A stretch of 64,000 bases of DNA from Amphiscolops sp. MND2022 (lineage: Eukaryota), in contig OZ076409.1 in assembly GCA_964187785.1 (NCBI GenBank), forward strand, positions 102,796,001-102,860,000, in the 5' to 3' direction. Below the pieces are notes generated by a model that saw nothing but the letters and a program-made list of their open reading frames with translations, was not told the origin of the DNA and did no database searches. Below, one piece after another: positions 50,701-61,281 of the stretch (position 1 is the first letter of the stretch; each line of letters begins with the position of its first letter). The position numbers and the translations under genes were made by a program.

Positions 50701-53360
50701 TATGTTTCATTAGATCTGTTCCGTTTAATCAACGGTTCTAGTGCTTGGTGGTCCGTTAATAATTTTATCGGTTTACCGTACATGTATAGTCGGAAGTGTT
50801 CGAGTCCCCAAACTACGACTAGAAGTTCGAGTTCGTTTATTGCGTATTTTTTTCTGTGTCGGAAAGAAAGCGGCTTGCAAATCCTATCGGTTTCAGTTTT
50901 CCGTCCGGTTGTTCTTGCCATAGTGTTGCACCGAGGCCTTTGGTACTGGCATCGATTGTTATTATGTTTGGATAATTTGAATTATAGTGAGCCAGACACG
51001 GTATCTCCGTGATTTTTTGTTTGAGGTTTTCAAATGCCTTGGTGTGCTCGTCCGTCCATTTCCATTCATTATCCTTCTTTAGTAATTGTCTCAGGTCGTC
51101 TGTTTGTGCGGATAGATTTTCTATGTATTTGGACAGGTATTGGATGGCTCCCAGAAATGATTTCAGTTCTTTTTCGTTCTTAGGCTGCTTTAATTCTTTT
51201 ATGGCCATTAATTTGTCTTGTAACGGTCTGATACCGTTCTGGTCTATTTTGTGACCAATCCAATCGATTTCCGTTTTGAAAAATTCAGATTTATTTTTGC
51301 TGAGTCTGTATCTGGCGTTTTCTAGTTTGGTTAGAACGTCAATCAGCTCTTTTTTGTGCTGTTCTTTGGAGCTTTTTGTTACCACGATAATATCGTCTAA
51401 CCATGCTGGGTGTTTGTTCTCCAGTGTTTGGTCAATTTTCTCTTGGAAAATGGTCGGTATGTCCGCCAAACCGTAAAATCCTTTTAGGAAACGGTAGTAA
51501 CCGGTGAATTTTCCCCCGGTCAAGGCGAATATGCATAAGTTTCGGGCTTCTTTGGATAGCAGTAATTGGCCATATGCATAGTCCAAATCGAGTTTTGAAG
51601 TCCAAATTTCGTCCGCCGGTCCATCTGCAATTTTTCTTGATATTCGTGAAATTAATTCCTCCATGTTGGGCATTTGGGCTTCTCTTTTGACTGTAATTTC
51701 ATTTAATTTTCTCGAGTCCAGTGCAATTTTCACCGATTTATCTTTCTTAATGGTGATCATTAGAGTGCACAGGCAAGCCTTATTTGCTCAAAGCGCAACA
51801 TAGTGCGTTCAATACCTCGGATTCCACGACCATACCTTTAACCGTGCAAAACTGGCAAATTACGTCATTTGTCCCGGATTCCACGGATTTAGTCGTGGAT
51901 TCCAGTAACAAATGCTTAGCTGTACGAACTGTCGGCATGCAGCGGTGTCCCGGATTCCACAAAAACGTAAGATTTGCGAAATGAGCCAATCAGATTGCAG
52001 AAATCATAAATTTCCTGGATTCCACGACTTTATGCTTGACGCGATACGCGGCATCTCTTCTTGAATTAAATTCAAGTGGAAGACTGAACAAACATAATAA
52101 TATGCACTACTTTTCGTATATTAATTCAAAATGATTCAGACAATCACACCAATATCACACAAAATTTTTAGATTTTTCAGTTTAGTACCAGTTTTGAACA
52201 AACTGCAAGATCATCACAATCTGCCACTTTTTAATGACATGCTTCATTTTTGGTACCAGTCACGAGTATCTCTATTCGTACTTCTTGATTTTTTCGTGTC
52301 AATCAAAACAATTTCCTTTGATATAAGATTGATTTAATTCAAGTTCTTCTGCCTTTCTAATAATGATCATGCAAAATGAATATTAAATAACACAAATATT
52401 TGTGTTTTTCAGTTTAGTACCAGTTTTGAAGAAACTGCCAGATCATCCCAATCTGCCATTTTTTAATGACATGCTTCATTTTTGGTACCAGTCACGAGTA
52501 TCTCTATTCGTACTTCTTGGATTTTTCGTGTCGATCAAAACAGTTTCCTTTGATATAAAATTGAATTAATTTAAAATGATTACTCAAAATCAGCGGACCA
52601 ATCAGAGAGCAGCGGCAAGAGTGTCATTATAGCAGCAGTATTGGCGTGGAATCCAGGACAAGCACTGTCGTGGAATCCAAGACACGCTTAACATCAAAGA
52701 GAAATTTTGTCCTGGATTCCACGACTTTTCTCAATTTTCGTGTCCCGGATTCCACGAAAACAGCAAAATAGCTTGCCTGTGCACTGTAATGATAACTGCT
52801 GGGCTGACGAAACAATTTTCGTCTAGGTTGTTCGCTTTTTCGATGTGGCCTTGGCTTTTTAGTTTTTCTATTTCTTTCTCAACCGATTGTTGTAAATGGA
52901 TCGGTATTGGTCTCCCTTTTTGCTGTATCAGTTTTGCGTTTTCTTTTAGTTGGATTTCGACATCTATCCCTTTTACTGTATGATTTTCATTGAACAATTT
53001 TTTGAATTGTTCTTTCAGCGACTTTATGTCTGGGTCTTCTTTGACATGGTTTATCTGCTGGTCGATGTTATCTTTGTCCAGTGTAATTCCCACCCAGTTC
53101 CTTCATCCAGTTCAATCCCAACAGTGGTATTGTTTTCTTTGTTGTTATCAATATTTCCAAATGTTTCTGTTTACCGTTGACGTTTACCTTCGCTATTGTT
53201 TTACCTTCGAAGTTTATTCGGTTGTCGTTTACGTCTCTGTATTCCGTTTCCAATGGTTTCAACGGTGTTATGTTATTGAATAATGACTTCGGTATTAGAG
53301 TTACCGGTGAACCGCTGTCAATAATGAATTTGATTGGTCGGTTGTTGACCAATGCGGTGA
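47710..53360 (-). pseudogene. pol: Gypsy pol (PR, RT, RNase H, long insert, integrase), frameshifted and interrupted by a MITE
   Basis: IIDSGSPV (protease), LDSRKLN / LDLDYAY / WLDD (RT), IDAS / ELE / TDH (RNase H), HKGH..CETC (Zn finger), LDFIG / RTDKA / VERG (DDE). After a frameshift near 48045 the tail (RSKRLTKTNP...) appears to end inside the 3' LTR. Confidence 0.93.
51758..52791. mobile_element. 1034-bp MITE with CATTA(C/G)AGTGCAC TIRs and AT TSD, inserted in Gypsy RT
   Basis: Removing 51758-52791 plus one AT restores SPAVITIKKD in frame; it carries subterminal GGATTCCAC/GTGGAATCC repeats. Confidence 0.9.
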
Positions 53361-54407
53361 GTGTGAAGAATTCTGGACCGTTGATACTTGTTGATTGTGT
53401 GGAATGGATCTTTTGTTTTATTGAATGGATTGTGTCTGGTGCCCATTCGTCTTCTTCCGCGCTGCTTGTTTCTTCGTCCTGTATATGGTTTATTTTCGTG
53501 TTTGACCGGCAGCTTTTTGCGAAATGGCCTATCCTTCCGCATTTCTTACCTCTGGCCGGACATTCGTGTTGTCTTGACCAATTTGGTGCCCCGCATCTGT
53601 TGCAGTCTATCTTTTTGAATTTTGCCTGTTTATCACTTGTTTCCTTGTTGATTCGCGTCTTTCTTTTGTTCAGTTAGCGGATCTTCTTCTCTTCATCTGT
53701 CTCTGGTGAGTCGTCTAGTTTCTCATACATGTACTCATGTAGTATGTCAGTTATTGTTTCTACCGACATGTCACTTTTTCTTATTTTTTTCTTGAGTTCG
53801 TAGTCACCGGTGGATTTGCCGATGAGTGATAGGAATTTCAATGCCAGAAGCTCTGCTGCGGTTATTGCTTCGAATTCGCAGTTTTTCTCTACTTCTAGGA
53901 TTCGTTTCCATACGTCTGCTGCTGATTCTCCGTTTCCTCTCTTTAGATCGAAGAAATCGGCTCTGCTGTGTTGTACATTCCTTTCTGGTGTGAAATGTAA
54001 TCGGAATAGCGTATATAGCTTGTATAACGGTAGTGAGCTTGGTTCTCTTTCTCGTACCGTTTTCGTCATCTCCGTGAGTGCGGTTTGTCCGATTGCCCAA
54101 AGGAAAATGTCTTTTATTTCTAGTTCCAATTGGTCACGGAATTGTGGCAGTATTTCCTTATTGTTCGTCATATTCGATAGATCAATTTCTTTTGTCATTT
54201 TAATGTACTGAACAAATTTCCGCCACCACATGTTTGCACTGATGTAATCTTGTTTTTCCAATGCTGGAATGGTGAGTTTCTGCTACGGGTCCGTTCCGCC
54301 GTCCTGTTTATTGTTTCACTGGTTAGCAGCTGTCCTCTTGTGTGTGATGCCGCTGACGTCGATGTGTTTCCTCCGTTCCTTGGAGTATTTTCTGGTTCTT
54401 CGTCCAT
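53361..54407 (-). pseudogene. gag: Gypsy gag, frameshifted
   Basis: ATG at 54407 (MDEEPEN...), gag-like WWRKFVQY...LWAIG, and Cys-His region CNRCG...HECPARGKKCGRIGHFAKSC. Confidence 0.85.
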
Positions 54408-54451
54408 TTGTATGTAACTTTGAAAATTCAAGTCACTTGCTTACTGCGCCA

Positions 54452-54664
54452 TGTTGTATTCTCACTTGTCATGAAAAGTGTTTCTTTCGTAAAATTAAAC
54501 TGTTTCGTATCGAACGTTTTTCATCTACTGTTAAGTAGTATCATCTGCGCTTAAGTGGCAGGAACAGGTAGTTTACAAACACAAATGTATATATGTATAA
54601 ACTAGATGTACAAAGGCTAGACTAATTATATAAATAAGTTCTGTCTAATGTCCTCTATACTACA
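54452..54664 (-). repeat. Gypsy 5' LTR
   Basis: Direct repeat of 47507-47719, followed by the PBS on the minus strand. Confidence 0.96.
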
Positions 54665-55180
54665 CTGGATTGAAAAAATTATATTATCAGTATCTCCACA
54701 ACTACGCGTACCAGAGAAACGAACTATAGCGCGTTTGAAAGGTCTGGTATTGGGCTTTCATTTTGGTCATGTGAGCCCCTGTCACCGTGCGCCCCCTCCT
54801 TCAGAATTTTAGTTTCTTTTTCCGGTACCGCCAGTTCGCGGCAGTTCCGCACTTCGTAGCGGGGGCTTGTAGTAACAACAGAATATTATTGGGATTTGTT
54901 GCGTTGGTTTTCGCTATGGGACAAGAATTTTCGAGAAAGCTGGATTTCGCCAAAAACTGAAATTTAGAAAAAAGTAACAATTTTTTGTGCAAAAAAACTA
55001 TTTTTCTCAGTTTTGGAGACATTCACTTTTCATAATTCTTGTGCCATTCAAACCAATCTAGGTACCAAAGAATTGTAGAAAAAAACTGTGCTGGAGAATA
55101 TGGGCTACTGGCAAAACGGATTAGAAATTGAAAAAAAAAGGTATGTGACTTTAAAGTACCACTAGGTAGTTTAGGGTTAA

Positions 55181-55228
55181 CTAGCCAATAATCGCCGATT
55201 ATTCGATTAATCGGTGATTATTGGCTAG
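55181..55228. mobile_element. 48-bp hairpin insertion with TTAA duplication
   Basis: TTAA|CTAGCCAATAATCGCCGATTA-TTCGAT-TAATCGGTGATTATTGGCTAG|TTAA; absent from the partner TIR at ~47455-47470. Confidence 0.8.
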
Positions 55229-55494
55229 TTAAAACTAATACATTTTAGGGATGACTTTCACTATATCCACCCTACAGCAAAAAGGGGATATGCTCTTAAT
55301 GATTTTCGTGAGCGTATTTTACCAGCAAATTTGGAACTGCAGCTTTTTAAAGTTTTTTAAGGTGAACAAAAAATTTTGGGAGAAAAAGACTGTCCAAGAT
55401 GCTTTTATTAATTTTAATTAATTTATTTATTATAACTTCTTAACCATAATTAACCTCAATTTTTAATTTTTTCTAACCTCAGTTTTTCAGCACA

Positions 55495-55725
55495 CATTAC
55501 AGTGCATAGGCAAGCTATTTTGCTGCTTTTCGTGGAATCCGGGACACGAAAATTGAGAAAAGTCGTGGAATCCAGGACAAAATTTCTCTTTGACCGGGAA
55601 AATCCGGGACTTATGACGTAATTTGCCAATTTTGCACGGTTAAAGGCATGGTCAAGGAATCCGAGGTATTGAAAGCACTAAGTTGCGCTTTGAGCAAATT
55701 AAGCTTGCCAATGCACCTGTAATAG
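55495..55725. mobile_element. Internally deleted, inverted copy of the CATTAC MITE family
   Basis: CATTACAGTGCATAGGCAAGC ... GCTTGCCAATGCACCTGTAAT, joining the two ends of 51758-52791. Confidence 0.8.
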
Positions 55726-55808
55726 ATTAATCTACCGGTTATGTCATTAAAAATTGGTCAATTAATCGTTTCGCGCTTAACCTTTGAACAATGCCGGATG
55801 CGATGTCT

Positions 55809-56010
55809 CTATGTCTCCATTTCAATCTTCAAGTCTGTCTTGCTCAGAACATCCGAGAAGTGGTGTTGATTGTTCGGCGGCGGACAGATCACTTTCGAAG
55901 TGAAGTCCAATTCAGATAAGTTGAAGTTTCTCTCTTGACTCTTTCTGTTGAAGATGGCCAAGAGATTCCTGAATTTGCAAGATCCTACGTGTTCCGATCT
56001 CCGCACTCTT
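55809..56010 (-). CDS. Probable terminal coding exon of the GT31 glycosyltransferase
   Basis: Acceptor CCATCCATTGCAG; the phase matches the upstream GC donor; reads RVRRSEHVGSCKFRNLL...KIEMET*. Confidence 0.6.
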
Positions 56011-56034
56011 CTGCAATGGATGGTTCAATACGAT

Positions 56035-56325
56035 CCCCAGTCGAACTCCCATACATTTCTTGCAAGAATCTAGCAGAAGTGGTATGTATCAGACACTATC
56101 TGCAAGAATCTTGCAAGTATCTTACATTTCAGTCAAAACCTGTCAGATTCTGACATATCAGACATTTCTTGCAGATTCAGACGTTTGTTACAAGATTGTT
56201 GCAGGTCAAGACATTTTCTTCCAAGATCTTCCAACATACCTGCAAGAGTAATTCATTGTCTTGCAAGATATTGGAAGTGAAACCTGACAGATTCTTGCAG
56301 AAAATGTATGCAAGTTCGACTGGGG
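56035..56325. mobile_element. Intronic TCTTGCAAGA-array MITE
   Basis: AT|CCCCAGTCGAAC ... GTTCGACTGGGG|AT (2-bp TSD). Confidence 0.8.
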
Positions 56326-56469
56326 ATACTCAAATGATAATTTTGATACTCACATTCAGGGATGTAAAATATTAGTGTAATGTATGTGTTTGTACCGATC
56401 AGTTACAAAATCCTGTCTATTTTGAGAAGTGGAAATTTGATCTCAGGCTGAGGTCAAGAGGTCACTTGC

Positions 56470-56676
56470 CTGGGAGTCCTCCTTGCTTGGAGGGCGACGT
56501 GACCCGCGTGCAGAATGTACTTGACCTCCGTGAGCGTGACGTCATGATTGGCGAGACAGATGGCGATGCTGACATCTTCCACGGGGAGACAGGTGTGTTC
56601 ACATTGCACCAGCAGAGGCAACAGGTCCGAGGAAAGGGCCACGAAACAGCCGAAGATGTAGTAGGGGTACTTCTGG
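56470..56676 (-). CDS. GT31 (Galactosyl_T, beta-1,3-galactosyltransferase-like) coding exon
   Basis: QKYPYYIFGCFVALSSDLL...LPVEDVSIAICL matches the GT31 YPxY-G...EDV motifs. Codons are GC3-rich; acceptor TTTCAG is phase-compatible with the exon ending at 60679. Confidence 0.82.
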
Positions 56677-58197
56677 CTGAAACACTCACATTGGTCTATA
56701 CACACAAAAAAAGAAGAAAACTGAATAAACCTTTGTTAATGAAACAAGAATCTGTTTTGAGAAAACAAAGCAGTGTAATGTTGTTTAAAAAGGTAGTGTT
56801 ATTAAAATAATGAAATCCCCTACACGCCCCTTTCTCAGAGACAGACGCTTTTGGCTCTCTTATGTAACAACCCCCCCCCCCCAAAAAAAAACCTGAATTG
56901 GCTGAAAGTCTGAATTTGTTTTCTTTCGGCTGCAGTAAATATTCGCGCTGGGATCTGGTATCGTTGGAGTTCTTCAAACCACACGGAAGGTGCTAGTGCT
57001 ACCTTGATGGCACCCGAGCCGTCGGTAAGCAACGAAAGTTGCGCCTATGTGTTTTGTGTCCCAAAAACACTTGTTACTTTTTAATCCAGAAACTTTCCAA
57101 CTAGCGAACGACATACTTTTCAAGAAAACATTCGAAACAAGATCTGGCTTCTTTTATTCATTTATTCATTTATTTATTCCGGGGAGCAGCAATACTTTTC
57201 TTATTTTCTCAGGGGTCGTTTCTTCCTGTAGGCTTGAACAAGAAGGTGAATGTCTGTTAACTAACTTTTCAGCATCAAAATTTATGCAAAATATTTATGC
57301 ATCAAAATTATGTCTGAAACAAAAAAAAAAACAACCAGCGGTTTTTTTTATTCCGCGTATCATTTCATATGGAATTACGCGTAAATTCTGGTAGCTTATT
57401 CAAACTTTGAGTTTTTGTGTCATGATTAACCGTCAAGTTTTAAATGCACATCAGTGCAAAAAACTCTTTAAAGAGTCCCCAGGTTTAACCAACCATTCTG
57501 AATACATTCTTATCCAAAAATGCTCACTACTTTTTAGGCACACTAGTTATCCCCTTGATTGAGCTGAAATCATGAAACACATTTTGGCCCGAACAATGCT
57601 CGAAATGAAATTTTTATCGGCCTAGATTGTTGATAGCATGAAGTCCAATTTACCTGAGCTACTTTTTACACGAATTCTTGTATTGAATACGAGCCGTTAG
57701 CTTATGCACCTGAAGGTAGAATATGCGATTATGCATCTTTGATTTTCTGAATTCAAACATTGCAACATTTCCGATCACAACTACATAGGAAACTCAGCAG
57801 CGTTGAAGACGTAATGTCTTCATTTGAGAAAAAATTTAGCCTTTGAGAAGCACTTTTGCAAGAGAGAATATGATTCAGCCGTGCCTGAGTTAGGTCAAAG
57901 TTTGAGTTTCATCCCACTCGCAAGTTGATTCACAAGTTTGTTTCCAAGGTGCAGTGAAAGACATCGAAGAATTTGCAAGGATGCATGGAAGTTTTACAAA
58001 CATTTTCCCTGCGCGCAGTCTGAAATTTCTAGGTTTCATCAAAAATTATGCTGCAGCATGTAAAACGTTCCAGCAGTCTCGACTAGTGAATTGCTTGAAC
58101 ACGGCCCAGCCTCCCGTTTATTGCGATACCGTCTTTTTCAAGAAAACTTGTGCTTTATTCGAGATGGCATGGCGGTAGAAATTATCGTAAGATGCCA

Positions 58198-58748
58198 CCC
58201 TGGTTGGAACTCCTTGAACTTTTTACATGTTTTTGTGGGTTACCAAGCTAATTTTCCATGATTTTATAAACTTTTCAAAGAAACGTCCATGCAAAAAAAC
58301 TTCACTGATTAGATTTCATTTCATCAAGCTGCCTATAAGATGCATCCTAAATTTGGCGGCAACTCTGCGCCGCAAAGTTTTAGAGGTTTCATTGAGACGA
58401 CGTTCTAATTTTGAAAACAGCCTTCGACCTTCATTAATTTTACCGCGATTTTAATTCAAATAAACTTCAGTCTCAGTATAAGTTTCAAAGTAGCATTATA
58501 TTCAGCGTGCTATTTGACTAACGGTGATTACATAAGATACTTAGTTCAGAAACTTACGCGTGAGAAAACGTGATCGCAGCGGTGAAGAAGTGGAAATGTT
58601 TTCAGTTTTAATTCAAATAATTGAGGCTGTATAGTAATCCTACAAAATATTTCCATGCAGGCTCCCGGATATTTCCATGTTTTGTAAAAAAAATTAGCCT
58701 GTATGTTTCCATGCAGCATGTAAAAAGTTCAAGCAATCTCGACTAGGG
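58198..58748 (+). mobile_element. CCC...GGG-ended MITE (intronic)
   Basis: ~32-bp imperfect TIRs CCCTGGTTGGAACTCCTTGAACTTTTTACATG / CATGTAAAAAGTTCAAGCAATCTCGACTAGGG. Confidence 0.8.
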
Positions 58749-59376
58749 TGTTCACGTTATGTTCCTTCATTCTTGACGAGTAGTTAATTAATTTGACTTT
58801 ATAGAAGTTATTAATTAAAAAGTCAAAAAAAATTAGGGGTCTGTTTCTGTTTGTTGCTAATGAAAAATGCGTTCGATTTCGCACAAAACAAAGATGTAGA
58901 TGATATACAACCATGCATATTACCAGGTAAACCAAGTATATGTGACTGGTATGGACGGGCTAATTAAACCCCGTCCTTTAAGTTTCACAGATTTGCGGAA
59001 TTCACAAAACTGAGATACTGTAAGGCAGCGCGTATTTTCTCAATTCCACCCCTCATACTAAATTTTAGGAGAAGACGTCCCCAAAAACATCATTCTCGGA
59101 GACGGAAAAAATTGACAGGTATCAGTGCATAGAGAAAAACCAACAAGCGGAAACATTTGAATTTCAGGAATCACGTTTTTTAAATAAAAGAAAACATGTT
59201 ATTCATGTTATAGGCATAAAACGGACATATGAGATAATAAAATGCAACGTTATTCAACAAAACAACTACCTAGCAAGGGATCAGGCAAAGAGCTTAGTTT
59301 GTTCTCAAGGATGCCTATGGAAACGATAGTTTTTCAAGCTAAGTCTTTCGTAAACTTCCGTGTCTTTGTCGGCAAG

Positions 59377-59919
59377 CCCTGGTAGGAACTGCTTGAACTT
59401 TTTACATGTTTTTGTAGGTTACCAACCTAATTTTCCATGATTTTATAAAATTCTCAAAGAAATGTCCATGCAACAAAACTTCAATGGTTCGATTTAAATT
59501 TATCAAGCTGCCTATAAGGTGCATCCTAAATTTGGCGGCAATTCTGCGCCGCAAAGTTTTGTAGGTTTCATTAAGGTTTCATTTTGCAAGCAGCTGGGAC
59601 CTTCATCACTTTTAGCGCGCTTTCAATGCAAATAAACTTCACTCACATTATAAGTTTCAAAGTAGCGTCATATTCAGCGTGCTATTTAACTAATGGTGAT
59701 TACATAAGGTACTTACTTAAGAAACTTACGCGTGAAAACAAAGTGATCGCAGCGTTGAAGAAGTGGAAATGTTTTCAGTTTTAATTCAAATAGTGGAGGC
59801 TGCATTGTAATCCTACAAAATGTTTCCATGCATGGTCCCGGAATTTTCCATGTTTTGTAAACAATTAGCTTGCCAGTTTCCATGCAGCATGTAAAAAGTT
59901 CAAGCAATCTCGACTAGGG
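59377..59919 (+). mobile_element. CCC...GGG-ended MITE (intronic), same family
   Basis: Colinear with 58198-58748. Confidence 0.8.
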
Positions 59920-60214
59920 CAAGAGATGATTATTCTAGCATTTTTTGCAGTTTTCTGGTCGATATAAGCTCTTTTGTTGAGGATACTAAAAAAGTTCATA
60001 ATTATTGTTACCGTTACTCATTTTATTGATTGAGCCATATATGGCCTGAACGTTGTCTCCTTGTAACCCTAAGCTGAACTCATACTGTAGAAGTCGAAGA
60101 AGAAGCAGATAGTTTATTTTCCCGATTCCACGGGGTGGACTCCGAAGAAGCAGTTCTGCTTTTCTAAGTCGGCGCCCTTTCAAATACTATCTCCCCATAG
60201 CAAGCTAAGGTACC

Positions 60215-60480
60215 ATATTTGCAGCCAAGCGGTCAAGCAATGGTGGACTTGAAGCTGTGGTTTCAAAGTGACTTGCTCAAGGTCACAAAAGTCTGACTGC
60301 TCACCGTTGCTCTTTTTATTTTTGCTTTACTCCGCCAAATGCGTTATTTTGTGTCACTGGCCATACCACTAAGCTAGGGATGAAGGACTTGCTTAAGGTC
60401 AACAATGGTGAGTTGACAGAGATTCGGACCTGTTGCCGCCCCAGTACAGGCCGAATGCTCTAACCACTATACCAGGCTCC
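60215..60480 (-). mobile_element. tRNA-headed CORE-type SINE
   Basis: Minus strand: CCTGGTATAGTGGTTAGAGC...GGTCCGAATC, then TGACCTTAAGCAAGTCCTT and a second GTGACCTTGAGCAAGTCACTT, resembling the MIR CORE motif. Confidence 0.6.
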
Positions 60481-60678
60481 CTGTTTTTCTTATGTAAACT
60501 TAGTATCATCCTGCTTTTCATGGGCTGAGCACCCAGGATGAGATGGGTCAGAAAACCATCTCAATTTGAACATTTCGCGCAAAGTTCCAATAATTTGAAA
60601 AAAACAGACACCAATCAAGATCAATCAATATTTGTAATAATTAGTTTGTAATTTTTTTGTAATTTTCTGTAATCTTAC

Positions 60679-60926
60679 TGTGTGTAATCGTCTGGGTGAA
60701 CTGCAAAGTTTCCCATCAGCGAAGATTTTTTGGAGAAGCGAGGTCTCACTTGCAGTCTCTTGTACATTCCAGCATACAGATTGGAGGGTCGATCCGAAAT
60801 TAGCTTTTTGAACAGTCTCGCCATTCCAAAGGGTCCGAATGCAATATCGTCATCAAGCTTGATTAGATAGGAAACACCAAATCGGTTATTCGGAGGTCCT
60901 TCAGCTGACAAGTGCTGACTGATGAC
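60679..60926 (-). CDS. GT31 glycosyltransferase exon with DxD-type motif
   Basis: YLIKLDDDIAF...LYAG...FAVHPDDYT; acceptor TTTTAG and donor GTAAGA; joins 56676 to give DDYTHQKYPYY. Confidence 0.85.
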
Positions 60927-61281
60927 CTAAAACACTTACTTGATGTTTTTGAGTATTTTTCTGTTTAAGGGCCATGCAAAATCAAGTCTTGGAATTGCAG
61001 TTTTCAAAAAATTAACATGAAAAAATGGTAAAAATCAAGTAGTATCGTGTAGTGATTAGAGGGGAACGAATCCCCATGATGCACCCCCAAGTAGCATGAA
61101 GTGAGAACATGTGTCAAAAATTCGTTCAAGCTCAAAGTGTCTTACAGCCGAATTATGACAGGTACCAGTCCCACAAAAACGGCTGTTAGCTGGGTGCACT
61201 GATGCCATATTTTTTGTACTTGATGTATCTACACTGCTATACATGTTATTATTGTGTCTGCTTGAAATCTGCTACTTGAAT

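Larger units (their letters stand above)
47507..54664 (-). mobile_element. Ty3/Gypsy LTR retrotransposon (recent, defective)
   Basis: 213-bp LTRs with 2 substitutions; PPT GGAGGGGGGAG at 47730-47720; PBS TGGCGCAGTAAGCAAGT at 54451-54435 (tRNA-Ser-like, inferred); TSD CTGAA/CTGGA with one mismatch; order gag-PR-RT-RH-IN. Confidence 0.96.
47399..55295. mobile_element. Kolobok-like non-autonomous DNA element (host of the Gypsy insertion)
   Basis: TTAA at 47395-47398 and 55296-55299; ~70-bp TIRs (ATCCC(C)TTTTTGCTGTAGGG...TTTTAACCCTAAAC) with purine-purine / pyrimidine-pyrimidine termini. Confidence 0.72.

Noticed and set aside
51763-52786. Tc1/mariner MITE with TA TSD
   Set aside because: This boundary does not restore the RT frame; the longer CATTA ends with an AT TSD do.
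56454-56705. BTB-domain reading of this ORF
   Set aside because: The YPYY-G and EDVS motifs and the in-phase join to the KLDDD exon fit GT31 much better.
57003-57044. 42-bp micro-exon (and a ~75-bp exon near 60012-60086) of the GT31 gene
   Set aside because: Splice-like signals exist, but including them breaks the expected DDYT-to-YPxY spacing; the direct 60679-56676 join is in phase.
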